The notes beneath the pieces were generated by a model, which saw nothing but the letters and a program-made list of their open reading frames with translations, was not told the origin of the DNA and searched no databases. The position numbers and the translations under genes were made by a program. A DNA stretch of 64,000 bases from contig SVAY01000001.1 in the NCBI GenBank assembly GCA_015059185.1, forward strand, positions 3,252-67,251. Direction: 5' to 3'. Positions 26,634-38,981 of the stretch are shown piece after piece (the first letter of the stretch is position 1; each line of letters opens with the position of its first letter). The DNA comes from Erysipelotrichaceae bacterium (GTDB lineage: Bacteria > Bacillota_I > Bacilli_A > RFN20 > CAG-826).

Positions 26634-29110
26634 TGTTTATCTTCCTCATCATCATCGTGAAGATGCTCGCCTCTAATAACTTCTAAGATGTAATTGATGA
26701 CAAAATAAAGCGCGGCTGCTCCAAAAAGCACACATGCACCGATAAAATAATTAACCCCACTCAATTCGCCAAAGTGGATTCCGAATATATTTCCTTTGCC
26801 CCCTAAATAAAGAAGGTAAGAACAGCCTATACAGCCTAATGCAACTAAAGAGAAGAAACTAAACACCACTACCCTATATTTGCTTAAAGGTTGGCACACC
26901 TTAAACAATACACATAGGCAGAACAACGACATAAATAGCGTAGCTATAGTAATAGCGGATTCCATAGTTGTTAAGCCAGTATAAACACCGTTATTAATAG
27001 CAATAAAAGCAAATACAAAGAACAAATTAACACCTAGGATCATAACGATTGCGGCGGGTATAGATTTCCAATATACATTTATTAGGAACTTGCCCTTAAT
27101 CCTTTCAGCGTTAGGTTCTAAGGCTAAGAAGAAGGCTGGTAACCCTAATCCAACAGTTTCCCAGATGTAGAGGTTGTTAGTTCTAAATGGATAGGTGATA
27201 TCTGGGTTCTTACTGAAGACAGAGATGAGCAAGAATAATATGGTAGTAAATGCTGCAAAGATAGTTTTTACTAAGAACAAGGAACTACTTCTTTGTAAGT
27301 TATTAACAACTCTTCTTCCTTCTGCCACAACCGCAGGTAAAGAAGCAAAATTAGAATTCATTAATACGATGTGAGAAACGTTTTTACTAGCTTCTGCTCC
27401 ACTTGCCATCGCAATCGAACAATCAGCTTTTTTAAGGGCCAAAATATCATTAACCCCATCACCTGTCATAGCCACTGTATGGCCTTCAGATTGCATAGCT
27501 TCAACTAGTATTGCTTTTTGTTCAGGGGTTACTCTACCAAAGACTGTATATTTATTAGCCGCTTCTTTTACTTCATCCTCACTCATGCCTTCTAAGGAGA
27601 TATATTTATCAGCGTGTTCGATACTAACATTTTTTGCAATTTCACTAACAGTAATTGCATTATCTCCAGATATAACTTTGATCGTTACATCGTTAGAATT
27701 AAACCATTCAAATGTTTCTTTAGCATCTTCTTTAATATGGTCTTGAATAACGATAATGGCGAGGGTTTCGCATGTTTTTTCGAATGATTTACCAGTTATT
27801 TTATCTTTAGAATGCGCTAAAACAAGAACCCTAAATCCTTTTGATGTAAATTCTTCTGCTTTTCTTAAAATGGTTTGTTTATTGTTTAAATTAATGAATT
27901 CTGGAGCGCCAATTAAATATGTACCTTCTTTAAACGAAGCTCCAGAATATTTATTTTCACTGGTGAATGGAAGGGAGACTAAAGCAGGCTCTTCATGGAA
28001 TCCCATCACGGCGTTTTGTAACGCTACTGCAGTGGCGTTGGTATCGCCTGTTGCGTTGAGTGTCTTAAAGATGATGCCTTTAATATGACCAACAGAAGAT
28101 TCGCCAACTGGTACAATGTCTTTAACTAACATCGTGCCATCGGTAATGGTGCCTGTTTTATCAACACAGATGGTGTCTGTTCTCGCCAACATTTCAACCG
28201 CATAGAAATCCTGCACATGAGCGTTCTTTCTCGATAAGTTAATAACCGCGGTAGCTAAAGCTAAAGAAGTTAATAAATATAACCCTGTAGGAATCATCGC
28301 AACCATTGATCCAGAAATAGGACCAATTGCTAACTTAAACGAATCAGCACTACCAAATTTACCTTGTACACTATAAATAATGATGGTAGCAATAGCGACT
28401 ACAATAACTGTTCCACCAATAACTTTAAATAAGTTGCTTAAGGAAGCGAGAATTTCACTCTTACTACGTTTAAATTTCTTTGCGACTGATTGAAGTTGTT
28501 GAACATAACTATCATTACCAACTTTATCAACCTTAACATAAGCCTTACCATTAACAACGTATGAACCAGAATAAATCGTATCGCCTGGCTTTTTATAGAT
28601 GATATCTGGTTCACCTGTTAATAAAGATTCATTAACACCAAGTGTCCCGCTTAATAATATTGAGTCAGCACTAATTTGAGCATTTGCCCCTAAAACAACA
28701 ACATCATCTAAAACAAGTTTTTCACTAGGTATAGTTTCTTCTACCCCGTTTCTAATAACAGTAGACTTTGGAGCGTTTAAAACGTGGAGCTTACTCATCA
28801 AACGACGCGCTTTAATGTCTTCATATAAACCAATAATAATATTAGGAATTAAAATTCCTAAGAATAATAATCCTGAATAATATCCTCCATAAATCATTAA
28901 GCCCGCAACAATAAAAAGAAGAATATTAAAGAAGCTGAGTAAATTATCCATGATGATTTTTAGATAAGATTTACCGACAGTTAAATTGGTTTTATTAACC
29001 AATTTTTGTTCAATTCTTTGATTAACTTCCTCTGTTGTGAGGCCTTTATAACTCTCGTTTTCCATACACTGTACAAATAAAATAATAAATAAAAAAACTT
29101 GGATAACCAA
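26630..29110 (-). CDS. Cation-transporting P-type ATPase (P2-like), with non-canonical TM4 motif PTGL in place of PEGL
   Basis: 826 aa. DKTGTIT phosphorylation motif. TGDGVNDILALKKAD hinge motif. Confidence 0.85.
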   Translation of the reverse strand: MVIQVFLFIILFVQCMENESYKGLTTEEVNQRIEQKLVNKTNLTVGKSYLKIIMDNLLSFFNILLFIVAGLMIYGGYYSGLLFLGILIPNIIIGLYEDIKARRLMSKLHVLNAPKSTVIRNGVEETIPSEKLVLDDVVVLGANAQISADSILLSGTLGVNESLLTGEPDIIYKKPGDTIYSGSYVVNGKAYVKVDKVGNDSYVQQLQSVAKKFKRSKSEILASLSNLFKVIGGTVIVVAIATIIIYSVQGKFGSADSFKLAIGPISGSMVAMIPTGLYLLTSLALATAVINLSRKNAHVQDFYAVEMLARTDTICVDKTGTITDGTMLVKDIVPVGESSVGHIKGIIFKTLNATGDTNATAVALQNAVMGFHEEPALVSLPFTSENKYSGASFKEGTYLIGAPEFINLNNKQTILRKAEEFTSKGFRVLVLAHSKDKITGKSFEKTCETLAIIVIQDHIKEDAKETFEWFNSNDVTIKVISGDNAITVSEIAKNVSIEHADKYISLEGMSEDEVKEAANKYTVFGRVTPEQKAILVEAMQSEGHTVAMTGDGVNDILALKKADCSIAMASGAEASKNVSHIVLMNSNFASLPAVVAEGRRVVNNLQRSSSLFLVKTIFAAFTTILFLLISVFSKNPDITYPFRTNNLYIWETVGLGLPAFFLALEPNAERIKGKFLINVYWKSIPAAIVMILGVNLFFVFAFIAINNGVYTGLTTMESAITIATLFMSLFCLCVLFKVCQPLSKYRVVVFSFFSLVALGCIGCSYLLYLGGKGNIFGIHFGELSGVNYFIGACVLFGAAALYFVINYILEVIRGEHLHDDDEEDKQ

Positions 29111-29119
29111 GTTTTTATT

Positions 29120-29572
29120 CTATTTTCTTTTGTTTTTGAAATAATTTTTAATTATTATAGCACATTCTTCAGCTAAAATGCCGCCTATAATATTGGGCCT
29201 ATGGTTAATATTATTAGCACCTAATATGTTGATAGAACCACCAAACGCCCCACCTTTAGGATCGCCTGCCCCATAATATACATTTCTAATGCGTGATTGG
29301 ATAATTGCGCCACCACACATAATACACGGTTCAACCGTGACATATAAATCACAATCAACAAGTCTCCAAGACTTAAGCTTCTTGTTTGCTTTGGTGATTG
29401 CTTCAATTTCTGCATGAGAAATAACCAAATTCTTGGTTTCTCTTTTGTTGTGTGCTCGAGCGATGACTTTGTCATCTTTTACAATCACACATCCAATAGG
29501 TGTTTCGTCTTCTAAAAGAGCCTTTTGGGCTTCTTTAAGCGCTAACGACATATAATAGGCAGGATTTTTCAT
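29120..29572 (-). CDS. tadA: tRNA-specific adenosine deaminase
   Basis: HAEIEAI and PCIMCGGAI CDA-fold zinc motifs. ATG at 29572 is preferred over the upstream GTG because the SRP RNA 3' end lies immediately upstream. Confidence 0.85.
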   Translation of the reverse strand: MKNPAYYMSLALKEAQKALLEDETPIGCVIVKDDKVIARAHNKRETKNLVISHAEIEAITKANKKLKSWRLVDCDLYVTVEPCIMCGGAIIQSRIRNVYYGAGDPKGGAFGGSINILGANNINHRPNIIGGILAEECAIIIKNYFKNKRK

Positions 29573-29573
29573 A

Positions 29574-29660
29574 AAAAGAAACCGTCGCACATGGATATGA
29601 TACTTAAGGCTGCTACATTCCTGTCCTGACCTGGTTCATAGATATACATCGCAACGGCTT
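29574..29660 (-). ncRNA. ffs: Small (4.5S-type) signal recognition particle RNA
   Basis: Minus strand: GCCGUUGCGAUGUAUAUCUAUGAACCAGGUCAGGACAGGAAUGUAGCAGCCUUAAGUAUCAUAUCCAUGUGCGACGGUUUCUUUUU. Contains the conserved domain-IV core ACCAGGUCAGG..GGAA..AGCAGCC. The 5' and 3' ends pair. An extended -10 (TGTGTATAAT) lies just upstream, and the 3' end has a U-run. Confidence 0.7.
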
Positions 29661-29683
29661 AATTATTATACACAATAATTATT

Positions 29684-30964
29684 TTATTTGATAGGCTTTA
29701 ATACTTCGATACCACCCATAAATGGTCTTAAGACCTCTGGGACGATAACAGATCCATCTTCTTGTTGATATTGTTCAAGGATGGCTGGGAAGATACGGCT
29801 GGTAGCTAAGCCAGAGGCGTTAAGAGTGTGAACGAATCTAGTTTTACCAGTTGCCTTATCTCTATATCTCACCATGCCTCTACGCGCTTGGTAATCTCTA
29901 GCGTTAGAAGCACTACTAACTTCTTTATAAATACCAATACTTGGTAAATATACTTCAATATCATAAGTTCTCGCCATGGAGTGAGAGATATCACCGGCTG
30001 CTAATTTAGAAACTTGATAATGTAAACCAAGCTTAGCAACTAAAGATTCAGCCTTACTAACTAATTCCTCAAATGCCTTATCGCTATCTTCTGGTTTAGT
30101 ATATTGAACCATTTCAACTTTATTAAATTGATAACCTCTAATCATACCTCTTTCTTCGGTACGATAGCTGCCAGCTTCACGTCTATAACATGGAGTATAA
30201 GCAAAATATTTTTTAGGAAGATCATCTTCAGAAAGAATTTCATCTCTATGTAAATTCACTAAAGCGGTCTCTGCTGTTGGAAGAATGAATCTTTTTGGTT
30301 CAAGTCCATCGAGCCAGAAAACATCTTGTCTAAACTTAGGGAATTGACCAGCAACATATCCACTTTGTTCATTTAATAAGTGTGGTGGTAGGATAAATTC
30401 ATAACCATCTTTTAAATGTTCAGAAATGAAGAAGTTAACAAGCGCCCATTCAAGTCTAGCACCAAGGTTTGTATAAACCCAAGCACCGTGACCACTGATT
30501 TTTGCACCTCTATCATAATCAACTAAACCAAGTGATTCAGCGAGTTCAACATGGTCTTTCATCTTAAAGTTAAATTCTGGTTTCTTACCAAATGTTTTAA
30601 TGCACTTATTGTTTTCTTTTCCGCCACCCACTAAATCATCATCAGGAATGTTTGGTAAAGCGGATAAGAATTCAAAAATACGTGCATCTAATTCTTTTGT
30701 TTTTTCTTCAAATTCCTTGTTTTTTGCGGCAATTTCTTTTACTTTTGCAAATATTTTAGAAACATCTTCACCGTTTTTCTTTGCTTGAGGAACGCTGGCA
30801 GACAACTTATTCATCTCTGCTTTATTTCCTTCAACGGTCTGAAGTAATGTTCTTCTTTCTTTATCCCAAGCTAAATATTCAGTAAAATCAACATCCCATA
30901 ATTTCTTTTTAAGGGCTTCTTTTACTGCTTCTGGATTAGTACGGATACGTTCTTGATCAATCAT
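29684..30964 (-). CDS. serS: Serine--tRNA ligase
   Basis: 426 aa. N-terminal coiled-coil arm plus class II core motifs. Confidence 0.95.
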   Translation of the reverse strand: MIDQERIRTNPEAVKEALKKKLWDVDFTEYLAWDKERRTLLQTVEGNKAEMNKLSASVPQAKKNGEDVSKIFAKVKEIAAKNKEFEEKTKELDARIFEFLSALPNIPDDDLVGGGKENNKCIKTFGKKPEFNFKMKDHVELAESLGLVDYDRGAKISGHGAWVYTNLGARLEWALVNFFISEHLKDGYEFILPPHLLNEQSGYVAGQFPKFRQDVFWLDGLEPKRFILPTAETALVNLHRDEILSEDDLPKKYFAYTPCYRREAGSYRTEERGMIRGYQFNKVEMVQYTKPEDSDKAFEELVSKAESLVAKLGLHYQVSKLAAGDISHSMARTYDIEVYLPSIGIYKEVSSASNARDYQARRGMVRYRDKATGKTRFVHTLNASGLATSRIFPAILEQYQQEDGSVIVPEVLRPFMGGIEVLKPIK

Positions 30965-30966
30965 AA

Positions 30967-31995
30967 CTAAAATCTCCTTTTAACTTTGCTTTGTATTGCT
31001 AATTGATAACATTTATTAAGTTCGTCGCCAAACGCTTCTAATGTGTGCTTAGAAACCTGTTGATATGCTTGTGTTGTTGTAGGTTTAATCTTACCATCGA
31101 GATAATCTCTAGTTAATGAAGCTAGTGTTTCTGAGAATTCCGCTAAATGAGCGGTAACACCATCTTCTAATATACCGCCTAAGATGGTTGATTTACGAGC
31201 GATGATTTGGGTTTTTGCCGCCATCGCTTCAACTATACTAGTAATACCAGTTACTTTATAACCAGGAATCATAAATACATCTGCGTTTAGAAGTGCACTA
31301 CGATAGATATCATCTGGTGGTACATCCACAAATTTCACATTCTTTGGTGCGCCGTTAATAATGTTGTTTAATTTTAAATTGAGTTTATTACGGGTAGTGA
31401 CCTTTCCAATGTAATAGAAAATCGCGTTTGGAGACTTTCTAGCCGCTCCAATGAACGAGCTTAAGCCTTCCATCCTTCCCTTATATTCTCCGACGGCTAT
31501 AACAAGCTTTTTGTTCTTATCTTCACGGTAATAACGATAGAATATTTCTTTTTCTTCATTCTTAGAGAAATCAAAACGGGACATATTTACACCAGCAGAA
31601 CATATTTCTATTGGGCTAGTGATTCCGTTTTCAATAAGTAACTCTTTAGCGTTTTGACAAGGGACAAGCACTAGGTCAGCCTTATTTAAAAACTTAAATG
31701 CTTTTGGTGTAAGGACTGATTTTTTTGTCGTTTTATCCATTTGTAGATAGGAAGCAACAGGATCGTCTTCAGTATATAAAGCTGACACTACGACAGGCGC
31801 TCCACCATCGACAATTTCATTTAATTCACCATCTTGTTCTGGAGAGATTAAATGCGCAACATCATAATAGTCCACTAAACTATCGGTATAAGGGATGTTT
31901 AAAATCTCAAGGGCACCCTTGATGGTTTTACGCATACGGGAACCCTCGAAATTATCGTATTTTTTATTAACTTTAAAAGATACTAACACCTTCAT
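30967..31995 (-). CDS. Glycosyltransferase family 1 (GT4-like) protein
   Basis: 342 aa. Two Rossmann-like halves. The C-terminal half carries an E..E-like motif region (GYKVTGITSIVEAMAAKTQII). Confidence 0.5.
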   Translation of the reverse strand: MKVLVSFKVNKKYDNFEGSRMRKTIKGALEILNIPYTDSLVDYYDVAHLISPEQDGELNEIVDGGAPVVVSALYTEDDPVASYLQMDKTTKKSVLTPKAFKFLNKADLVLVPCQNAKELLIENGITSPIEICSAGVNMSRFDFSKNEEKEIFYRYYREDKNKKLVIAVGEYKGRMEGLSSFIGAARKSPNAIFYYIGKVTTRNKLNLKLNNIINGAPKNVKFVDVPPDDIYRSALLNADVFMIPGYKVTGITSIVEAMAAKTQIIARKSTILGGILEDGVTAHLAEFSETLASLTRDYLDGKIKPTTTQAYQQVSKHTLEAFGDELNKCYQLAIQSKVKRRF

Positions 31996-31997
31996 AA

Positions 31998-34631
31998 TTA
32001 TTCTAATGAGGTATCGTTAACATCGCTTCCGTCCTTCGCTTCTTCAGTTACTTCCTCATCTTCAACAAACTCTTCTTCAGATTCATCTTCATGAGGAACG
32101 ACTGCGATACTAACAACTTTTTGTCTTGGTTCAAGATTAACAATCTTGACACCTTGAGTATTTCTAGAGGCAAGTCTAATCTCACTTAAGTGAGTTCTAA
32201 TCACAATGCCTCCGTTAGTGATGGCCATTAAGTCATCTTCAATAGATACCGCTCTTACAGCAATCAAATTACCAATCTTATCATTGGTCTTCATAGCTGT
32301 AACGCCTTTAGCACCACGTTTGGTGATTCTATAGGCTGGTACCATATTACCGTTTTCATCAACATCACCACTATCGATATCGGTTAATTTACCAAAACCT
32401 TTGTTGGTGATAGAGAGGATATATTTACCTTCTTCACTAGTGGTGACACCGACAACTTTTTCACCTTCAGGTAATTCAATACCTTTAACACCCATGGTAT
32501 CTCTACCCATTGGACGGGCTTCTGTAGCGACGAAGTTCACCATCTTGGCGTTACTACCAGCAATACCAACAATCGTGTCATCTTTCACTGGTTTAACAGC
32601 AAGTAAGGCATCTCCTTCTTTTAAAGCGATAGCGATCTTACCATTCGCTCTAATGTTTGCGAATTCACTTAATGGGGTCTTTTTAATTAATCCTTGTTCG
32701 GTAAAGAACATTAAGTAACTATCTTCACTATATTCATCACATGGAACGATAGCCTCAAGTTTTTCTTCCTTCTCGATTGGGATTAAGTTAATGACAGGGA
32801 TACCTTTAGAATTACGGTTAAATTCTGGGATTTGGTATCCTCTAATACGGTATACTCTACCAAAACTTGTAAACATTAATAAATCTGTATGGGTTTTGGT
32901 GTATAACATTTCTTCCACGATATCGTGTTCGTTAGTAGACATACCTTTAATACCTCTACCACCACGATGTTGAGCGCGGAATGTGTCGCTTGCTAAACGT
33001 TTGATATAACCACCTCTAGAAAGGGTGACAATAATATCTTCTTGTGGGATGAGATCTTCATCATCGATAGAAGCATCACTATCAGAGATGGTGGTTCTTC
33101 TTTCATCACCAAATCTTTCTTTGATTTCTGTTAATTCTTTAGCAATGACTTCAATAATATTTTCTCTACTAGAGAGGATTCTATTATATTCAGCAATATT
33201 CTTTTCAAGTTGAGCTCTTTCAGCTTCTAATTTATCGGTTTCAATACCAGTTAATCTTCTTAAGGTCATACCTAAGATGGCTTGAACTTGTGCTTCACTG
33301 AAATCGTATTTTGCCATTAATTTATTAGAAGCATCTTCTGGAGTGGCACTTTCTTTAATAATATCAACGATATCATCGATGTTATCGTGACACTTGAGTA
33401 AACCAACAACAATATGGTCTCTTGCTGTATCTTTTTCTAAATAGAACTGAGTTCTACGTCTTACAACATCAATTTGGAACTCTAAGTAGTTATTAAGTAA
33501 AGCACTTAAAGAACAAATCTTTGGAGCGTTATTAACTAAACAGAGATTAATAATGCCATAACTAACTTGTAAGCTGGTTAATTTATAAAGTTGATTTAAA
33601 ACAACTTCAGGAATTGCGTCACGTTTAACTTCAATAATGATTTTGACACCATCCTTATTAGAGACATCTCTGATATCACTGATACCTTCAATAATCTTAT
33701 CTCTTACTAAGTTACCAATAGCTTCCACCATAGTAGCTTTATTAACTTGATAAGGAACTTCAGTCACAACGATTTGTTTTAAACCATTACTTCTTTCTTC
33801 GATATGGCATTTAGAACGAATGGTGATGGAACCAGTACCGGTTTCATACGCTTCTCTAATACCACCGCGTCCTAAGATAATACCGCCAGTAGGGAAATCT
33901 GGACCCTTAACGATATTCATTAATTCTTCGGTGGTCATTTCTGGGTTATGAGCAATAGCGATAACTCCATCAATTACTTCGCCAAGGTTATGAGGTGGCA
34001 TATTAGTAGCCATACCAACAGCAATACCATTAGATCCGTTAACAAGCAAGTTAGGGAATCTAGAAGGTAAGACTGCAGGCTCTTGTTCAGTACCATCATA
34101 GTTATCAACGAAATCAACCGCATTAGCGTTGATATCCCTCACCATTTCAAGGGCGAGTTTTTGTAATCTAGCTTCAGTATAACGGTAAGCGGCAGCCTCA
34201 TCACCATCCATAGATCCGAAGTTACCATGGCCATCAACCAAGCAATATCTCATCGCGAATGGTTGAGCAAGTCTAACGACCGCACCATAAATCGCGGAGT
34301 CACCATGTGGGTGATATTTTCCCATGACATCACCAACGATACGAGCACATTTGACGAATGGTTTATCTGGTGTATTACCACTTTCGTTCATGGAGAAGAT
34401 GATTCTTCTATGAACTGGTTTCATACCATCTCTGACATCCGGGATAGCACGAGCGACGATAACACTCATCGCATAATCGAGGAAGGATTGTTTAACTAAG
34501 TCTACGGTAGCAACATCACTCAAACCAGCATTAATACCAGCTTGAAGTTCTTGTTCGCCTTGAACGTTTTCTTCTTCTTTAGATTCTTCACTAGATTCAG
34601 TGTTTTCTAATTTATTTTCTTCATCTAACAT
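31998..34631 (-). CDS. gyrA: DNA gyrase subunit A
   Basis: 877 aa. The active-site Tyr region ([10 protein letters not shown]), the QRDR-like segment (HPHGDSAIY) and a C-terminal beta-pinwheel are conserved, as is an acidic tail. Confidence 0.97.
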   Translation of the reverse strand: MLDEENKLENTESSEESKEEENVQGEQELQAGINAGLSDVATVDLVKQSFLDYAMSVIVARAIPDVRDGMKPVHRRIIFSMNESGNTPDKPFVKCARIVGDVMGKYHPHGDSAIYGAVVRLAQPFAMRYCLVDGHGNFGSMDGDEAAAYRYTEARLQKLALEMVRDINANAVDFVDNYDGTEQEPAVLPSRFPNLLVNGSNGIAVGMATNMPPHNLGEVIDGVIAIAHNPEMTTEELMNIVKGPDFPTGGIILGRGGIREAYETGTGSITIRSKCHIEERSNGLKQIVVTEVPYQVNKATMVEAIGNLVRDKIIEGISDIRDVSNKDGVKIIIEVKRDAIPEVVLNQLYKLTSLQVSYGIINLCLVNNAPKICSLSALLNNYLEFQIDVVRRRTQFYLEKDTARDHIVVGLLKCHDNIDDIVDIIKESATPEDASNKLMAKYDFSEAQVQAILGMTLRRLTGIETDKLEAERAQLEKNIAEYNRILSSRENIIEVIAKELTEIKERFGDERRTTISDSDASIDDEDLIPQEDIIVTLSRGGYIKRLASDTFRAQHRGGRGIKGMSTNEHDIVEEMLYTKTHTDLLMFTSFGRVYRIRGYQIPEFNRNSKGIPVINLIPIEKEEKLEAIVPCDEYSEDSYLMFFTEQGLIKKTPLSEFANIRANGKIAIALKEGDALLAVKPVKDDTIVGIAGSNAKMVNFVATEARPMGRDTMGVKGIELPEGEKVVGVTTSEEGKYILSITNKGFGKLTDIDSGDVDENGNMVPAYRITKRGAKGVTAMKTNDKIGNLIAVRAVSIEDDLMAITNGGIVIRTHLSEIRLASRNTQGVKIVNLEPRQKVVSIAVVPHEDESEEEFVEDEEVTEEAKDGSDVNDTSLE

Positions 34632-34649
34632 AACTGTTCCTCCTTCCTA

Positions 34650-36716
<2,067 letters not shown>

Positions 36717-37766
36717 TTATTTCTTTATTTCATAGTGGCTCGCGCCAGCTATAACAAGTTTTGTGGTGGTGATGAATACTTGTTCAAACTTCTTCAAGAA
36801 TTTGATTAATACTTGTTGGTGTTTCTCATCAAGTTCACTCATCACATCATCGAGAACAACGATTGGTTTTTTATCCTTATCTTCAATCAAGAAGTAAGGG
36901 GATAATTTTAATGCGAGGGCCACCAATCGATTTTGACCCTGGCTTCCAAACGTCGCGATATCTTTATCAAACAGGTTGATAGAGAAGTCTTCACGGTGAA
37001 TGCCAACGGATGTTGCTTTATGTTTCAAATCCGTCTCTAACGCCTTATTAAATGCGTTTCTTGCGTTAGTTTCATAATTCTCATCGTTAGCGACAAATGG
37101 ATGATAAATTATTTCTATTTTCTCATGCGTGCCCGTGAGTGCGCGCGTTATTTTATTAAGGATATCATTGATATCCTTTAAGTAACCCTCACGATATTTC
37201 ACTATCGGAGCAGCTGTTTTTATGAGCATTTCGGTGGTTGTTTCTAATAAAGTTTTATCTACTTTATCTTGTTTCAACACTTCATTTCTTTCCTTAAGAA
37301 CTTTGTTGTATCTAGTAATCGCGGAGAGATATGATTCGGTTTGTTTAGTTAACGATATATCTAAGAAATTTCTTCTCTCTTTAGGCGAACCTTTAAAGAG
37401 CAATACGTCTTTTGGTTCAAACAATATTACATTTATAGTTTTTGCTAGATCGCTGATGCGTTCAATCGGTTTATTATTGATTGTAATCTGACGACCTTGT
37501 TTAGAAATAACAATATTGATATCTCGATTAATCTTTCCTATTTCAACCTTACTTGATATAGAAGCATAATCTTCACCATATTTAATTAAATCAATATCAT
37601 CTACCCCTCTAAAACTTCTTGGAAGTGATAAGTAATATATTGCTTCCACTATATTGGTCTTGCCAACTGCATTTTCACCAAGTATTACATTAATACCAGG
37701 TTTGAATTCAAATTGTTTAGAAGAGTAATTTCTATAATTATGTAAATTTAATTTCCTAACAATCAT
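36717..37766 (-). CDS. recF: DNA replication and repair protein RecF
   Basis: 349 aa. Walker A GENAVGKTN. Signature/Walker B region VVLDDVMSELD. Confidence 0.9.
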   Translation of the reverse strand: MIVRKLNLHNYRNYSSKQFEFKPGINVILGENAVGKTNIVEAIYYLSLPRSFRGVDDIDLIKYGEDYASISSKVEIGKINRDINIVISKQGRQITINNKPIERISDLAKTINVILFEPKDVLLFKGSPKERRNFLDISLTKQTESYLSAITRYNKVLKERNEVLKQDKVDKTLLETTTEMLIKTAAPIVKYREGYLKDINDILNKITRALTGTHEKIEIIYHPFVANDENYETNARNAFNKALETDLKHKATSVGIHREDFSINLFDKDIATFGSQGQNRLVALALKLSPYFLIEDKDKKPIVVLDDVMSELDEKHQQVLIKFLKKFEQVFITTTKLVIAGASHYEIKK

Positions 37767-37987
37767 TATTGATCAATCTCAAATACTTTACCTTCAACTT
37801 TTACCACATCACCTTTATATAACTTTCTACCACGGCGATTTTCTAAAATATCATTCACATACACTTTGTTATTTACAAGATAATATTTTGCTTCTCCACC
37901 AGTGGAAATTATATTGGTTAATTTAAGTAAAACATTGAGGGTTATATAATTCTCACCATCCTTTATACGAACAATTTCTTTACCCAT
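37766..37987 (-). CDS. yaaA: S4-domain RNA-binding protein YaaA
   Basis: Roughly 73 aa from ATG at 37987 (GAGGT SD 8 nt upstream). Close similarity to B. subtilis YaaA (…NDEPDNRRGRKLYVGDVV…). Confidence 0.75.
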   Translation of the reverse strand: MGKEIVRIKDGENYITLNVLLKLTNIISTGGEAKYYLVNNKVYVNDILENRRGRKLYKGDVVKVEGKVFEIDQ

Positions 37988-38013
37988 TAAAAAACCTCGT
38001 AGGTACATTATAT

Positions 38014-38038
38014 ATTATATAATTAAAAAAGAGAATAA
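38014..38038 (-). terminator. Terminator downstream of the inserted GNAT-like gene
   Basis: aaaaaagagaataaaattctctt hairpin. Confidence 0.5.
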
Positions 38039-38151
38039 AATTCTCTTATAAAATATATGTGTAATAATGCTTATTTTACTTGTTAAGGTTATAGATTATA
38101 TCTATTAATGATTTTTGATTAAGTAATAAAAATAGTGGTTTAAATCATTAA

Positions 38152-38913
38152 TTAATGAAATTCAGAATCCAGTCTTAAATAGTCATATTTTTTATATAAA
38201 ACTTTAAACCCTAATCTCTCATATAATTCTTTTGTGGTACTTGCTTCATCCGCATGTAAGTAGATAGGACAATTTTGGTAATATTGTTGTACGTATTTAA
38301 CGAGGTTTGATGCAATATTATTGTTTCTAAATTGCTTATCCACCAAGAGACCATCAAGCGCTACCACACCATTAGAATGATATGCGTAACAATAAGCAAC
38401 GATTTTGTTATTATAACAACATACAAAATAATTAAGTCCTTTTAACTCGCTTATTTTATGGAAATATCTATAGATTCTATGCCCAACAAAATCTTTTCCG
38501 TATTCTGAAGCATAGTACTCCAAATTTATTTTTAATAATTCATTAATTAATTCCGGATTATTTAAAATATTTTTAAATTCAATTCCTTTAATTATAAGTG
38601 GCTTAGCATTAACTTTATCCGCTGCCATAGTGAGCAAGGTTTCTTTATTATAACCAAGGTACTCCAATTCAGGTATTTCATGGAATGAGCTAATTTTAAT
38701 AAAATCTTCTTTTCTTTCCTCTTTGATCTTTTTAATTTCAGTAAAGATTTCAGGTGTCATCTCACCATATAAATCAGTGAAATTATTGTCATACATATCT
38801 CGGATTTTATCATCATAAAATCTAATATAATTATCTTTGATAATTTCTTTACAGAAAAAACGAATAAAATTATATTCGTTATTAATTATCTTTTTGGTTA
38901 ATTCATTTTCCAT
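38152..38913 (-). CDS. Hypothetical protein with C-terminal GNAT-like acetyltransferase domain, inserted between dnaN and yaaA
   Basis: Roughly 253 aa from ATG 38913 (the ORF-track start is TTG at 38940). C-terminal segment VVALDGLLVDKQFRNNNIASNLV...LGF fits the GNAT motif A/B region. Confidence 0.45.
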   Translation of the reverse strand: MENELTKKIINNEYNFIRFFCKEIIKDNYIRFYDDKIRDMYDNNFTDLYGEMTPEIFTEIKKIKEERKEDFIKISSFHEIPELEYLGYNKETLLTMAADKVNAKPLIIKGIEFKNILNNPELINELLKINLEYYASEYGKDFVGHRIYRYFHKISELKGLNYFVCCYNNKIVAYCYAYHSNGVVALDGLLVDKQFRNNNIASNLVKYVQQYYQNCPIYLHADEASTTKELYERLGFKVLYKKYDYLRLDSEFH

Positions 38914-38928
38914 TATTAGATTTATTTT

Positions 38929-38960
38929 ACACAAAAACAAAAGGGGTTATAAACCCCTAA
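38929..38960 (-). terminator. Terminator after dnaN
   Basis: aggggttataaacccct hairpin, followed by a U-run on the minus strand. Confidence 0.55.
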
Positions 38961-38981
38961 TTTGAAATTTAATGATATTTA

